A stretch of 64,000 nucleotides of DNA from Candidatus Latescibacterota bacterium (GTDB taxonomy: Bacteria; Latescibacterota; UBA2968; UBA8231), in the NCBI GenBank assembly GCA_965223905.1, contig CBDCXV010000010.1:1792001-1856000 (forward strand), written 5' to 3'. Under the pieces are notes generated by a model. It was not told where the DNA came from, searched no databases, and saw only the letters and a program-made list of their open reading frames with translations. The translations under genes were made by a program, and so were the position numbers. Numbering within the stretch: position 1 is the stretch's first letter; every line of letters begins with the position of its first letter. Shown here in pieces: positions 22,801 to 30,441 of this stretch.

Positions 22801-23152
22801 GACCTACGGCATCTTCGAAGACCTCACCGCGACTGCCGGGGCCGCGGCCATCGACGGCATCGACTGCCAGCCGCGCGCCTTCGCCCCTGCCGGAGGAAGC
22901 GGGGCGCTGCGCGACAAGACCGACATCTCGTTCGACCTGGCCGCGGCTGCCGACGTAACCGTCCGCGTGTACAACGCTTCCGGGCGCCTCGAGCGGGTGA
23001 TCGCCCGCGACCGGCCGATGGCCCCCGGGCGCCAGTCGCTGACCTGGAACGGCCGGGACAAGGAGGGCAAGGTGGTCGCCAGCGGCCTTTACGTCGTCGT
23101 CGTCAGCGGCGGCGACATGCAGTCGGAAAAAATCGTGGCGGTGGTGCGATGA
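16820..23152 (+). CDS. Giant secreted surface protein: 2x(FG-GAP propeller + FN3), several Ig-like (Big_5/SbsA-type) domains, ZU5-like domain, FlgD-like C-terminal domain
   Basis: Signal peptide; about 14 W[GA]DYD[NG]DGDxD repeats; LSYNLRIGT..YYWSVQAVD twice; P.DGA.GV...F..P...L.PGS.Y.V...W.F.T units; VRVYNASGRL...WNGRDKEGKVVASGLY tail. Confidence 0.88.
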   Translation: MMKSSFPENWLAFLVHRGAARALPAALLWSALSAPPAWTQKLQDSQLELPGVWAGKAAWGDYDGDGDPDLLLVGETESGGQCLRIARVLRNDAGLLAEDVAQSQRLVGVYFGDAGWADYDGDGDLDAAVAGWDADDLGSLRLYTNDAGPEEGERLLTPDMTQVDDAGNPNFRGVRYADLSWTDFDRDGDLDLTVTGLEGNGTSLTHLYRNRDGLLILDEANSEALVNVHNGDLAWADYDNDGDLDLALSGENVISDNVTRITEFYRNDPVGDLELDVSVAAAPRVKGGSLAWADYDNDGNLDLALSGRGDSWAVKLLLYRNRPAGTLGLDDGFSLNPFQTVDGQLAWVDYDNDGDQDLAVSGRTLLSDHRTQVFDNDGGTVTSGAVENLEGLAGGTAVWGDYDGDGRVDLLLSGVDQSGERRTVLYGNRGVATPNRDPSAPATLNPVQVTSTRALFSWPAGEDVESQALSYNLRIGTRPGGGDVLSGSLPPGPGNAGLRTSYVLERSLPPNRYYWSVQAVDGGFARSPFSTEGSFVVEDLVSSDQSLRNLEEASMSWGDIDDDGDADLAVMGRNRSGEARTLVYVNEAGELRPNLGAGITPLRNGDLAWGDYDNDGDLDLVVTGQDGFGTPHSELFATDVLGGEVSFERAGAFPDLSLSSADWGDADSDGDLDLVLMGLGSDIDGATRSHTQLWLNDGEGGFAEAQKDLVGLHDGEAAWADADGDGDSDLAVTGTSSAGTPELRLYLNDGSGPGMVMLSLTGLESSDLAWGDWDRDGDPDLLAAGIGDGGMAATLWENDGGSFTEAAGAGLPGIRDGDLAWGDYDNDQDLDVVIAGNDGSQAILQIWENTIDRTGAGGPFEQVALEALQGVQLSAAAFADIEEDGDLDLVSAGRGATGSPLSAINENLTARFNPNFPPRNPSGLEADDDSGGVVLSWQASGDDGAPPPESLTYNLRVGTTSRGNEVISGLGEVGPGNNGHRTERTLVRLESGTYFWSIQAVDAGFARSGWSPERRFVMDAMPPVLGAHSTSRQLVGLDQTITLALEFIDEHSGIDASTAPTVQAAVGSVTLDFEQVQFTGGTWSGELTIAAGVPSGTATISVRGVLDGKGNELIPVDLADAFEVDAVAPEAVAFEPASGAGKVPVSTSVLMVRFSEPIDETTVDERSFSLRSGESATTPLAATYDPETHVAVLTPEGGLLPGTLYTVEVSASVRDLAGNRLADTMSWSFSTAVPQLLETNPADGAEGVHPATESIVAVFDGPLTAGALDAPGAVQVLREGEPLDLAEAPMFDPDDNSLSIALAGGLEPGSRYEVILDGSLAGPLRLLGQGDFRWSFATAVPQLLETSPADGAEGVDPATERITAVFDGPLAASALDAPGTVQVLSEEDPLDLAETPLFDAEGNSLSFAVAGGLVPASRYEVILDGSLAGPLRLLDQGDFRWSFTTAAPQLLETRPTDGETGVGVDLAEATVTFSVSLDPDQITRDNFRLLREGEPVALRSGDPAERDPGTYALAPEAGWQVGSSYSVEIATDVTGQLSGSGPISWNFQTAVPVATGLNPAAGDDAVATATREITAVFDNPIDEAALSAEGGGRLLLEGSPEALEEPSWDPGTRTVTLTPATGLRAGSAYTVILSAAIAGPRAGAETRWSFSTVVPSVASTDPADGASIAAGRRRVEVLFTAPIDAGLVMNSRNFRLGRSGQPLQLDDGDFLYDEAANKVNLPEVDFLSGSSYEAAVLPRVRGPRGADAGPFTWSFNTDLPAVVATSPQADAEGVSITTEEIRIEFSLPVAVRDGRGFTLLARQLEEVPGGEEAGFEVTAITGFAIDSGFKVVSFAPRGGLRPFTEYRVSVGPEVFGELADRGFEFAFRTAPRLTETASGGLLATADRRLELYLPPNALAGGSGEIAIRRLADAGAEDARSRDLTPVGQAFEIDAGDGVLRKPGTLTLRYEAGDVEGRDTSRLAIFRLVDGEWTRVGGTSVPAEREVRTSVEDFGTYGIFEDLTATAGAAAIDGIDCQPRAFAPAGGSGALRDKTDISFDLAAAADVTVRVYNASGRLERVIARDRPMAPGRQSLTWNGRDKEGKVVASGLYVVVVSGGDMQSEKIVAVVR
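20498..21195 (+). repeat. 321-bp (107-aa) tandem Ig-domain duplication, 2 copies plus start of a third
   Basis: TGGAGCTTC..ACCGCG..CAGCTGCTGGAGACC at 20498, 20819 and 21140 with high nucleotide similarity between the first two units. Confidence 0.92.
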
Positions 23153-24585
23153 GCGCGGCGGCCCGGGGGATCCTTGCGGCGCTCTTGATGGCGGCGGTGT
23201 CGCCCGCATCGGGGCAGACCTTCACCAACGTCACCGAAGCGAGCGGCGCGGTCGGCTTCCGCGGTACTACCGGTGCCTGGGGGGATTTCGACGGCGACGG
23301 CGACCTCGACCTCTACGTCGCCAACCGCGGGGCCGCCAACGCCCTGTTGGCGAACAACGGCGACGACACCTTCGCCGACGTCGCCGCGGCTGCTGGAGTC
23401 GACGAGGACGGCGACAGCGTCGCGGCCGCCTGGGCAGATTTCGACAACGACGGCGACCTCGACCTCTACGTCGCCGACTTCTTCGCCCAGGACTTCCTCT
23501 ACGAGAACTCCGGCGGCAGCTTCTCCGAGGTCGGCAGGGCCCGCGCAATGGTCGACCTCACCAGGCGCGGGAGCGTGACCTCGGCGGCCTGGGGGGACTA
23601 CGACACCGACGGGTACCTCGATCTCTACATCGGCAAGTTCTACCACGCCAACGAGCTCTACCGCAACGACGCCGGCAGCCTGGAGCCGACCACCGGCCTG
23701 GGGACCGGGGACCAGCGCGACACCGGCGGGCTGACCTGGGTCGACTACGACAACGACGGCGACATCGACCTCTACACCGTCAACCGCGAGCAGGAGAACG
23801 GCCTCTTCCGCAACGACCTCGACGCCGGCGGCGAGTTCGCGGCGATCGCCTGCGCGGCGACGGTGGACAACACCGAGATCGGCCAGACCGGCGCCTGGGG
23901 GGATTTCGACAACGACGGCGACCTCGACCTGCACCTCGCCAACGTCGGCGCAAACAACCTGTACCGCAACGACGGGGAGGACCGATTCAGCGACGTCGCC
24001 GCCGCCGCCGGAGTGCGCAGCAGCGGCTCCGGGTTCCTCACCGCCATGTCGGCATGGCTCGACTTCGACGGCGACGGCCACCTCGACCTCTTCCTCGCCA
24101 ACGGCGCCGAGCTGGAGCTGCCAGACGTACTCTTCGCCAACAACGGAGACGGCACCTTCCGCGACGCTACGGCGGAAGCCGGGCTGCCGACAATCGGCTC
24201 CTCCCACCTGTCGGTCAGCCGGGGGGACATCGACGGCGACGGGGCTCCCGATCTCTACCTCACCAACGGCGCGGCCCTGGGGAACCGTCTGTTCCGGAAC
24301 GCCACCGGAGGCTCTGCGTTCATCAAGGTGCACGTGCGCGGCAAGGGCCCCGGCGCCGGCGGCATCAACTTCTTCGGGCTCGGGGCGCAGGTCCGCCTTT
24401 TCGACGCCGTCACCGACACGCTGGTCTCCTTCACCCAGATGCTGCCCGGCCCCGGGGCTCCGGAAGTGATCTTCGGGGCCCCTGCAGGGCCCTACAACGT
24501 CCAGGTCCGCTTCCCGGGAAACGAGGTCCCGATGATCGTCGGCAACGTGCGTGGCGGCGACAGCATCACCATCGAGGAGCCGTAG
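23149..24585 (+). CDS. Secreted FG-GAP/VCBS repeat protein (CRTAC1-like)
   Basis: ATGA overlap; signal peptide ASG-Q; seven W.D[FY]D.DGD.DLY repeats; short ASPIC-like tail. Confidence 0.88.
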   Translation: MSAAARGILAALLMAAVSPASGQTFTNVTEASGAVGFRGTTGAWGDFDGDGDLDLYVANRGAANALLANNGDDTFADVAAAAGVDEDGDSVAAAWADFDNDGDLDLYVADFFAQDFLYENSGGSFSEVGRARAMVDLTRRGSVTSAAWGDYDTDGYLDLYIGKFYHANELYRNDAGSLEPTTGLGTGDQRDTGGLTWVDYDNDGDIDLYTVNREQENGLFRNDLDAGGEFAAIACAATVDNTEIGQTGAWGDFDNDGDLDLHLANVGANNLYRNDGEDRFSDVAAAAGVRSSGSGFLTAMSAWLDFDGDGHLDLFLANGAELELPDVLFANNGDGTFRDATAEAGLPTIGSSHLSVSRGDIDGDGAPDLYLTNGAALGNRLFRNATGGSAFIKVHVRGKGPGAGGINFFGLGAQVRLFDAVTDTLVSFTQMLPGPGAPEVIFGAPAGPYNVQVRFPGNEVPMIVGNVRGGDSITIEEP

Positions 24586-26975
24586 TGGCCGCGGCAATGA
24601 CATGGTCAGAGCGGCTGGCTGCCGCGGCCGCGGCTCTCTGCCTGTTGTGCGCCCCCCTGTACGGGGCGGCATCCAGGCAGCCCGACATCGGAGTGCGCGC
24701 CATTTCCATGGGCGGCGCCTTCGTCGCCGCGGCCAGCGACGCCACCGCGATCCACTGGAACCCCGCGGCTATCGCCACCCTGCAGCGCCAGCAGGTCAGA
24801 CTCTCCTACGCCGACCGCTTCGGTCTGGGCCTGCGCGAATCCTACCTGTCTTACGTGCTGCCTCTCACCGAGAGCCACGCCTTCGGGGCCGACTGGTTCC
24901 ACCGCGGTTTCGACGACGTCGAGGGTGGACTCGGACTCGAGGCGAGCCAGAACCGCTTCGGCTTCGCCTACGGGTACCGCAACGACATCGAGCGGCGGCG
25001 CTACATCGGCGACAGCGCCGTCGGCGTGACGGCTCGCTACATCGGCCAGAGGGCCAGCCTCGACGGCGCCACGGCGATGGACGCGAGCGGCTTCGGCTTC
25101 GACGCCGGTCTGCTGATCCCCGTGACCGCGGGTCTGAGCTTCGGGCTTGCCGTCCAGGATATCGGCGGCACCGCGGTCGAGCACGAGAGCGGCTTCAGGG
25201 AGGACATACTGTCCACCCACCTGCGCCTAGGCTTCGCCTACAAACCCCCGCTGGGGGGACTGACGCTGGCGGCCGACCTCGACGACCACTTCCGCGCTGG
25301 CGCCGAGTACTGGGTCAGCCGGCAGCTGGCGCTGCGCGCCGGCCTGAAGTCCGAGATAGAGACCCCGGAAAGCCGCGGACAGGCGACCTCCATCAACGCG
25401 GGATTCGGCCTGAAAAACCGCTACGTGCAGCTCGATTACGCCTACGAGAACCCCCCCGTCCTCGGCGCGACCCACTACGTCTCCGTGGCGCTTGAGTACG
25501 ACCCGAACGCCGTCGGCATCAAGGATGCGGGCATTCGTCCGAGACCGGTCTTCCGCTCGCTGTACCGGCACTACCGGGAGACCGACTTCTTCGAGGTCGT
25601 GCTCTCCAACTCCGCCTCCGAGCCGATAACCGTCATCGTCGCGCTGATGCTTCCCAAGGCGATGGCCGCGGCGCACACCGAGAAGATCGAGCTGCCGCCG
25701 CAGAGCACGGAGAAATACCGCTTCGAGGCGGACTTCGACGAGGAGCTCTTCAACAGGCCGGAGGCTTATTTCGACAACTACGTCACCCCGGTCGTGCGGG
25801 TGCGCTACACCCGCCACGAACAGAACTACCTGGTCGAAAAACGGCTCGAGCGCGTCTACCTCGCCGGCAAGGGGAAGCTGAGCTGGAACGTCGAAGGGAT
25901 GGCGGCAGCCTTCGTCACCCCTGCCGACATCGCCGTCGCCGCGGTGGCGCGTGGCCTTGTACAGCGCTACCGCGAACTGCTGGCCGGCAAGTTCAACCAC
26001 TCGAACATCGGCATGGCCGCGGTGCTGTTCGACGCCATGGGCGCCTACGGGATCCGCTACGAGGCCAACCCCGAGACGCCGTTCGCCAACGTCTCCGAGG
26101 ACCGCACGATCTTCGACACCATGCAGTACCCGAGCGAGCTGCTCAACCTTCCCGAAGGCGGCGGTACCGGCGACTGCGACGACCTCACCGTACTCTACGC
26201 GTCGCTGCTGGAAAACCTGGGGATCGACACCGCCTTTCTCGAAAGCAGCGAGCCGGGCAGGGGCCGCATCTACCTGATGTTCGACAGCGGCGTCCTTCCC
26301 GAAGAAGTCGGGGATCACTTCGTCAGCCGCGCCGAATACGTCGAGTGGGAGGGCCGCATCTGGATCCCGGTGGAGACGACGATGCTCGGATCGACCTTCA
26401 GCGAGGCCTGGGAAACGGGGGCTGCCCAGTACAAGCGGCTCAAGGTGCGCGACCTGATCTCGGAGACCTACGTGGCCAGGTGGATGCAGACCTACAAACC
26501 CGCGGTGCTGGCCCCGGTCGCCCCCGAGCTGCCCGCGAAAGCGGCTGTCTCCCGGCTGCTCTCCCGCGACACGGCCTCCTTCGACAAGCGCGCCGACCGG
26601 ATCGTCCTCGGGTCGGTCTCCTCACTCGGCAACCCGGAGGGGGCCTACGAAGCCGGCGTCGCCTACATGCGCGCCAACCACCTCGAGAAGGCGGTGCAGA
26701 TGTTCGACCGCGTCCTGGAAATGAAGCCGGACCACGAGGATGCTCTCAACGCCAAGGGGGTCGCGCTGACCAAACAGGGCCGCTACGACGAGGCGCTCGC
26801 CCTTTTCCGCGAGGCCCTCGAAATCGCCGACAGGCCCGCGGTGCGCATGAACGTCGCCATCGCCTACTATCTCAAGGGAGAGCGGGAGACCGCGTCCATG
26901 ATATTCGACGAGGTGGTGCAGCTCGACGACTCCTACCGCGAGCTGTTCGAGTTCCTCGGAGGAGCCGGGTTTTGA
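24585..26975 (+). CDS. PorV/PorQ(FadL)-like beta-barrel fused to a beta-sandwich, transglutaminase-like domain and TPRs
   Basis: GAGGAG RBS, TAG/GTG overlap; GVRAISMGGAFVAAASDATAIHWNPA; QLDYAY; QYPSELL..GDCDDLTVLYASLLE.LGI; WIPVETT; C-terminal TPRs. Confidence 0.82.
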   Translation: MAAAMTWSERLAAAAAALCLLCAPLYGAASRQPDIGVRAISMGGAFVAAASDATAIHWNPAAIATLQRQQVRLSYADRFGLGLRESYLSYVLPLTESHAFGADWFHRGFDDVEGGLGLEASQNRFGFAYGYRNDIERRRYIGDSAVGVTARYIGQRASLDGATAMDASGFGFDAGLLIPVTAGLSFGLAVQDIGGTAVEHESGFREDILSTHLRLGFAYKPPLGGLTLAADLDDHFRAGAEYWVSRQLALRAGLKSEIETPESRGQATSINAGFGLKNRYVQLDYAYENPPVLGATHYVSVALEYDPNAVGIKDAGIRPRPVFRSLYRHYRETDFFEVVLSNSASEPITVIVALMLPKAMAAAHTEKIELPPQSTEKYRFEADFDEELFNRPEAYFDNYVTPVVRVRYTRHEQNYLVEKRLERVYLAGKGKLSWNVEGMAAAFVTPADIAVAAVARGLVQRYRELLAGKFNHSNIGMAAVLFDAMGAYGIRYEANPETPFANVSEDRTIFDTMQYPSELLNLPEGGGTGDCDDLTVLYASLLENLGIDTAFLESSEPGRGRIYLMFDSGVLPEEVGDHFVSRAEYVEWEGRIWIPVETTMLGSTFSEAWETGAAQYKRLKVRDLISETYVARWMQTYKPAVLAPVAPELPAKAAVSRLLSRDTASFDKRADRIVLGSVSSLGNPEGAYEAGVAYMRANHLEKAVQMFDRVLEMKPDHEDALNAKGVALTKQGRYDEALALFREALEIADRPAVRMNVAIAYYLKGERETASMIFDEVVQLDDSYRELFEFLGGAGF

Positions 26976-27075
26976 CCGGAGGTAGTACAAAATCGCGATC
27001 CGCCGCCGCGTCCGGCGGTTCGCCGCCCCCGCTGCAGGCCGCTTTCAGCGGCAGCCGAAAGAGAGGAAGCGATTC

Positions 27076-27618
27076 GTGAAATCCGCGCCGTGGTTCTTCT
27101 GCTTCGCCCTGGCACTTCTGACCGGGCCGGCAGCGCTCGCCGCGGAACAGCCTTCCGGCGGCGAGAAGCGAACTCCCCTGCGGCCGCGGCCGCAGGTCTC
27201 CGGGACCGTGAGTATCGACGAGGAATGGCTCCACGCGATCTGGACCCAGGTCGACGAGATAGTGAAGGAGGAACGCAGGCTCAAAAAAACGGTCTCGAGC
27301 GCTGGGGTTCCCCCCGCCAGGCAGGAGATCGGTCTGCTCGACAGGCTGTTTTTCCGGGGCGCGAAACGGTACCCGGGACGGGAAGAGATTCGCCGGGCGA
27401 TCGCCGTCCTCGAGGAAGCGGTCGCGACGAATCCGAAGAGCGAGGGCGCTCCGAGGCGGATATACCTCATCGCCCAGTGCTACCAGGTACTGGGCCGCCT
27501 GGTCGAGGCAAACGGCCTCTACACCCGGCTGACCCGGGATCATCCCGGAACTCCCTGGGCCTCCAAGGCGTCAAGGGCACTGGCGAAGCTGGCCGAAGCG
27601 GGCAGAGCGATCAGGTAG
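27076..27618 (+). CDS. Exported protein with C-terminal TPR
   Basis: Signal peptide ALA-A; YLIAQCYQVLG..A..Y..L..DHPGTPWA. Confidence 0.65.
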   Translation: MKSAPWFFCFALALLTGPAALAAEQPSGGEKRTPLRPRPQVSGTVSIDEEWLHAIWTQVDEIVKEERRLKKTVSSAGVPPARQEIGLLDRLFFRGAKRYPGREEIRRAIAVLEEAVATNPKSEGAPRRIYLIAQCYQVLGRLVEANGLYTRLTRDHPGTPWASKASRALAKLAEAGRAIR

Positions 27619-27752
27619 GGACGTCCGCCCCGGCCTCACCGTTTGCTTTATATTTTTCCCGAGTTCGAGTTCCACATTCACGCAGTCAGCGGCAGCGATT
27701 TCGGGGAGACCGGACCGAAGCCGTCCTTCGCGCCGAAAGCACGGATATACAC

Positions 27753-28442
27753 ATGATCAGACTCACCGACCGGTGTCCAACCCGGTCTTTTCTCCTCCTC
27801 GCCGTTGCCGCGCTTTGCGCCTGTGCCGCCCCGGGCAGCGAAATGTCGCAGCGCATGGAGACCTCCGACGCCGAGATACGCGAGGAGATCGAGGCGCTGA
27901 AACGGGCGGTCGAATCTTCCTACGACCGCGAAAGGGCGCTCGCCGAGCGCCTGCAGAGGCTCGAGGAGGGGTACGCACGGTTGGAGTCCCCGCCCGAAGG
28001 GCGGACCGACTACCCAGTCACCACGGAACCGAAACCGGTTCCTGTAGTCCCGGGCAGCGAAAATTTCGATGTCCAGGGCGCCTACGACCGGGCCTACCAG
28101 CTCTACGGCGACCTCCAGTACGAAGCGGCGCTCGCCGGCTTTGGCGAAATCGTCTCGCGGGCTGCGAACAGCGAATGGAGCGACAACGCCCGCTACTGGA
28201 TGGGGGAGTGCCAGTACGGCCTGGGGGAATACCGCCTGGCGCTGGCCGAATTCACCAAGGTCTTCAGCTATATGGAGACCGAGAAAGCCGACGACGCCCA
28301 GCTCAAGATCGCCCGCTGCTACCTGGCCCTCGGGGAGAAGGAGAACGCCCTGAGCGCCTTCCGGAAACTCCTGGACGAATACCCGGACAGTGAGTACATC
28401 GGGGCCGCCAGCAAGGAAATGAGGTACCTCGAGGGCCCGTGA
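27753..28442 (+). CDS. Tol-Pal system CpoB/YbgF-like TPR lipoprotein
   Basis: Lipobox, coiled coil, YDRAY..Y..A..F, DNARYWMGE, KADDAQLKIARCY, LLDEYPDS. Confidence 0.8.
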   Translation: MIRLTDRCPTRSFLLLAVAALCACAAPGSEMSQRMETSDAEIREEIEALKRAVESSYDRERALAERLQRLEEGYARLESPPEGRTDYPVTTEPKPVPVVPGSENFDVQGAYDRAYQLYGDLQYEAALAGFGEIVSRAANSEWSDNARYWMGECQYGLGEYRLALAEFTKVFSYMETEKADDAQLKIARCYLALGEKENALSAFRKLLDEYPDSEYIGAASKEMRYLEGP

Positions 28443-29059
28443 ACATCGCATCCCTCTTGTTGCTGGCCGGGGCCTGGCTAGTCGCTCCGGGCGTCGATAT
28501 CGCCGCGGCGACCTACATTCCCACCAACATCGATCTGGCGGTCCAGGCAGCCGATGAAGCCGTGGCCGAATGCCTGTCAGGCCTCGACTCCCTTCACTCG
28601 GAGACCGACTGGGAACTCCCGGTCCTAGTGACGGCGCAGTCGGAACACGACGCCAACTGGGTCGTCGAACACTGTCTGACAGGGGAACTGCTCGAGCGGA
28701 ACTTCACCGTCGCGGTCGACACCTCGGCAGCGGCCCCGGAATCGCCCCTTCTCTCCTACCGGATCGTCGACCTCAGCCTCTCGGGCTGGTCCGGACTCCG
28801 CGGGGGCGAGGTATGGCGCCGCTGCCGGATAACCCTCGGCCTGCGCCTGGTCTCCGGCGGGGAGCTGGTCTGGCAGCACGAGGCGACCTCCCAGATTCGC
28901 GACTCCATACCGAAGAACCGTCTGGAAGTGCTGGAAAACGCAACCTACGATTTCGCCGACCTGGAGCTCGAAGAGCGCAACTGGGGACGCTTCGTCGAAC
29001 CGGCCATCGTCTCCAGCGTTCTCGGCACCCTCGTCTACCTGTTCTTCTCCAATCGCTGA
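28439..29059 (+). CDS. Hypothetical exported protein with C-terminal TM helix
   Basis: Overlaps both neighbours (GTGA, TGATG); signal peptide; EPAIVSSVLGTLVYLFFSNR end. Confidence 0.75.
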   Translation: MNIASLLLLAGAWLVAPGVDIAAATYIPTNIDLAVQAADEAVAECLSGLDSLHSETDWELPVLVTAQSEHDANWVVEHCLTGELLERNFTVAVDTSAAAPESPLLSYRIVDLSLSGWSGLRGGEVWRRCRITLGLRLVSGGELVWQHEATSQIRDSIPKNRLEVLENATYDFADLELEERNWGRFVEPAIVSSVLGTLVYLFFSNR

Positions 29060-29856
29060 TGGGGCTCCGACCTTCCCAGCCGCAGAGCCGCCCACGCGGG
29101 GTCCTGCGGTTCCTCCGTGTTGCCGCCCTTGCGGCCCTTCTGCTCTCGGGCTGCGCGGGAAAGAAGGAGGAACCGCTGAGGGGAGTCGAATACTACCACC
29201 AGGAGGGCATGCAGGCCCTCGAGCGCAAGCGCTACCTGCAGGCGGTCGAGATGTTCCAGCGGGTGGTCAGCAACTTCCCCGGCTCCGCCCTGGTCGCCGA
29301 GGCCCAGTTCCACCTCGCCGAGGCCTACTTCGGCATGGAGGACTTCGTCAACGCCGTCTTCGAGTACCAGCGGCTGGTCGAATCCTACCCGCACAGCAGT
29401 TTCGTAGAACGCGCCCAGTTCCAGATCGGCGAGTCGCACTTCATGCAGATGCGCAGCCCGGAGCACGATCAGAAGGAGACCTACGAAGCGCTGACGCACT
29501 TCCGCCGTTTCATCGAAGACAACCCCCAAAGCCCGCTGCTGGAAGAGGCCCGCAGCCGCATCGTCTCCTGCCGCTCGCAACTGGCGAAGAAGCAGTATCT
29601 CGCAGGCCGGTTTTACCAGAAGCAGGACTATCTCGAGGCCGCGCGCATTTGCTACGAGGATCTCCTGCTCACCTATCCGGACACGCGCTGGTACTACTGG
29701 GGCAGGGCGATGCTCGGCGACATCGACCGCGGCGAGGGAGATCTTTCGTCGGCGCGCGTGCATTGGAACGAGATCGTCGAGCAGTGCCAGGAGGAGGAGC
29801 TGCGGCGCAAGGTCGAGAAGTGGCTGGAGGAAATCGGCAACGCCGTCGCGGAGTGA
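29059..29856 (+). CDS. bamD: Outer membrane protein assembly factor BamD
   Basis: LSG-C lipobox; AQFHLAEAYF, YQRLVESYPHS, DQKETYEAL..F..F..P.S, LAKKQY..GRFY. Confidence 0.9.
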   Translation: MGLRPSQPQSRPRGVLRFLRVAALAALLLSGCAGKKEEPLRGVEYYHQEGMQALERKRYLQAVEMFQRVVSNFPGSALVAEAQFHLAEAYFGMEDFVNAVFEYQRLVESYPHSSFVERAQFQIGESHFMQMRSPEHDQKETYEALTHFRRFIEDNPQSPLLEEARSRIVSCRSQLAKKQYLAGRFYQKQDYLEAARICYEDLLLTYPDTRWYYWGRAMLGDIDRGEGDLSSARVHWNEIVEQCQEEELRRKVEKWLEEIGNAVAE

Positions 29857-29859
29857 ATC

Positions 29860-30441
29860 GTGCCGCGCCTCGGAATGATGGGCGGGACCTTCGACCCGAT
29901 TCACACCGGCCACCTGCTGCTGGCGCAGTTCCTGAGAGAACACCTCGCTCTCGACCGGGTGCTTTTCGTTCCAGCTGCCGACCCGCCCCACAAGGAGAAC
30001 AGGGACGGTGGTCTGCTTGCGGTTGAAGACCGGTGGGCGATGGTCTGCGCCGCCCTTGCCGGGGCCCCGGGGTTCGAGCCCTGCCGGATCGAGATCGACC
30101 GCCCCGGAAAATCCTACACCGTAGAGACATTGCGTCAGCTTCAGCAGCAATACCCCGGCAGCGAGCTTTTCCTTCTTCTCGGCGCCGACAACGTCGCCGA
30201 GTTGGATACCTGGTACGATCTGGAGGGCATCTTCGAGCTCTGCACCGTGGTCGCCGGCTCGCGCTCCGGCGCTCCGCCCTCCGCTTCGCCCCTTGCCCGC
30301 CGGGTGACCCTCGTCGAAACCCCCGAAATCGACATCTCCTCCACCGGCATCCGCGAACGCATCCGCGCCGGTCGCTCGATCCGCTGGCTGGTTCCCGGTC
30401 CGGTCGAATCCTACATACTCCAGAAGGGACTCTACCGGTGA
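29860..30441 (+). CDS. nadD: Nicotinate-nucleotide adenylyltransferase
   Basis: GGTFDPIHTGH, PPHK, SYTVETL, LLGADN, ISSTGIR. Confidence 0.96.
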   Translation: MPRLGMMGGTFDPIHTGHLLLAQFLREHLALDRVLFVPAADPPHKENRDGGLLAVEDRWAMVCAALAGAPGFEPCRIEIDRPGKSYTVETLRQLQQQYPGSELFLLLGADNVAELDTWYDLEGIFELCTVVAGSRSGAPPSASPLARRVTLVETPEIDISSTGIRERIRAGRSIRWLVPGPVESYILQKGLYR

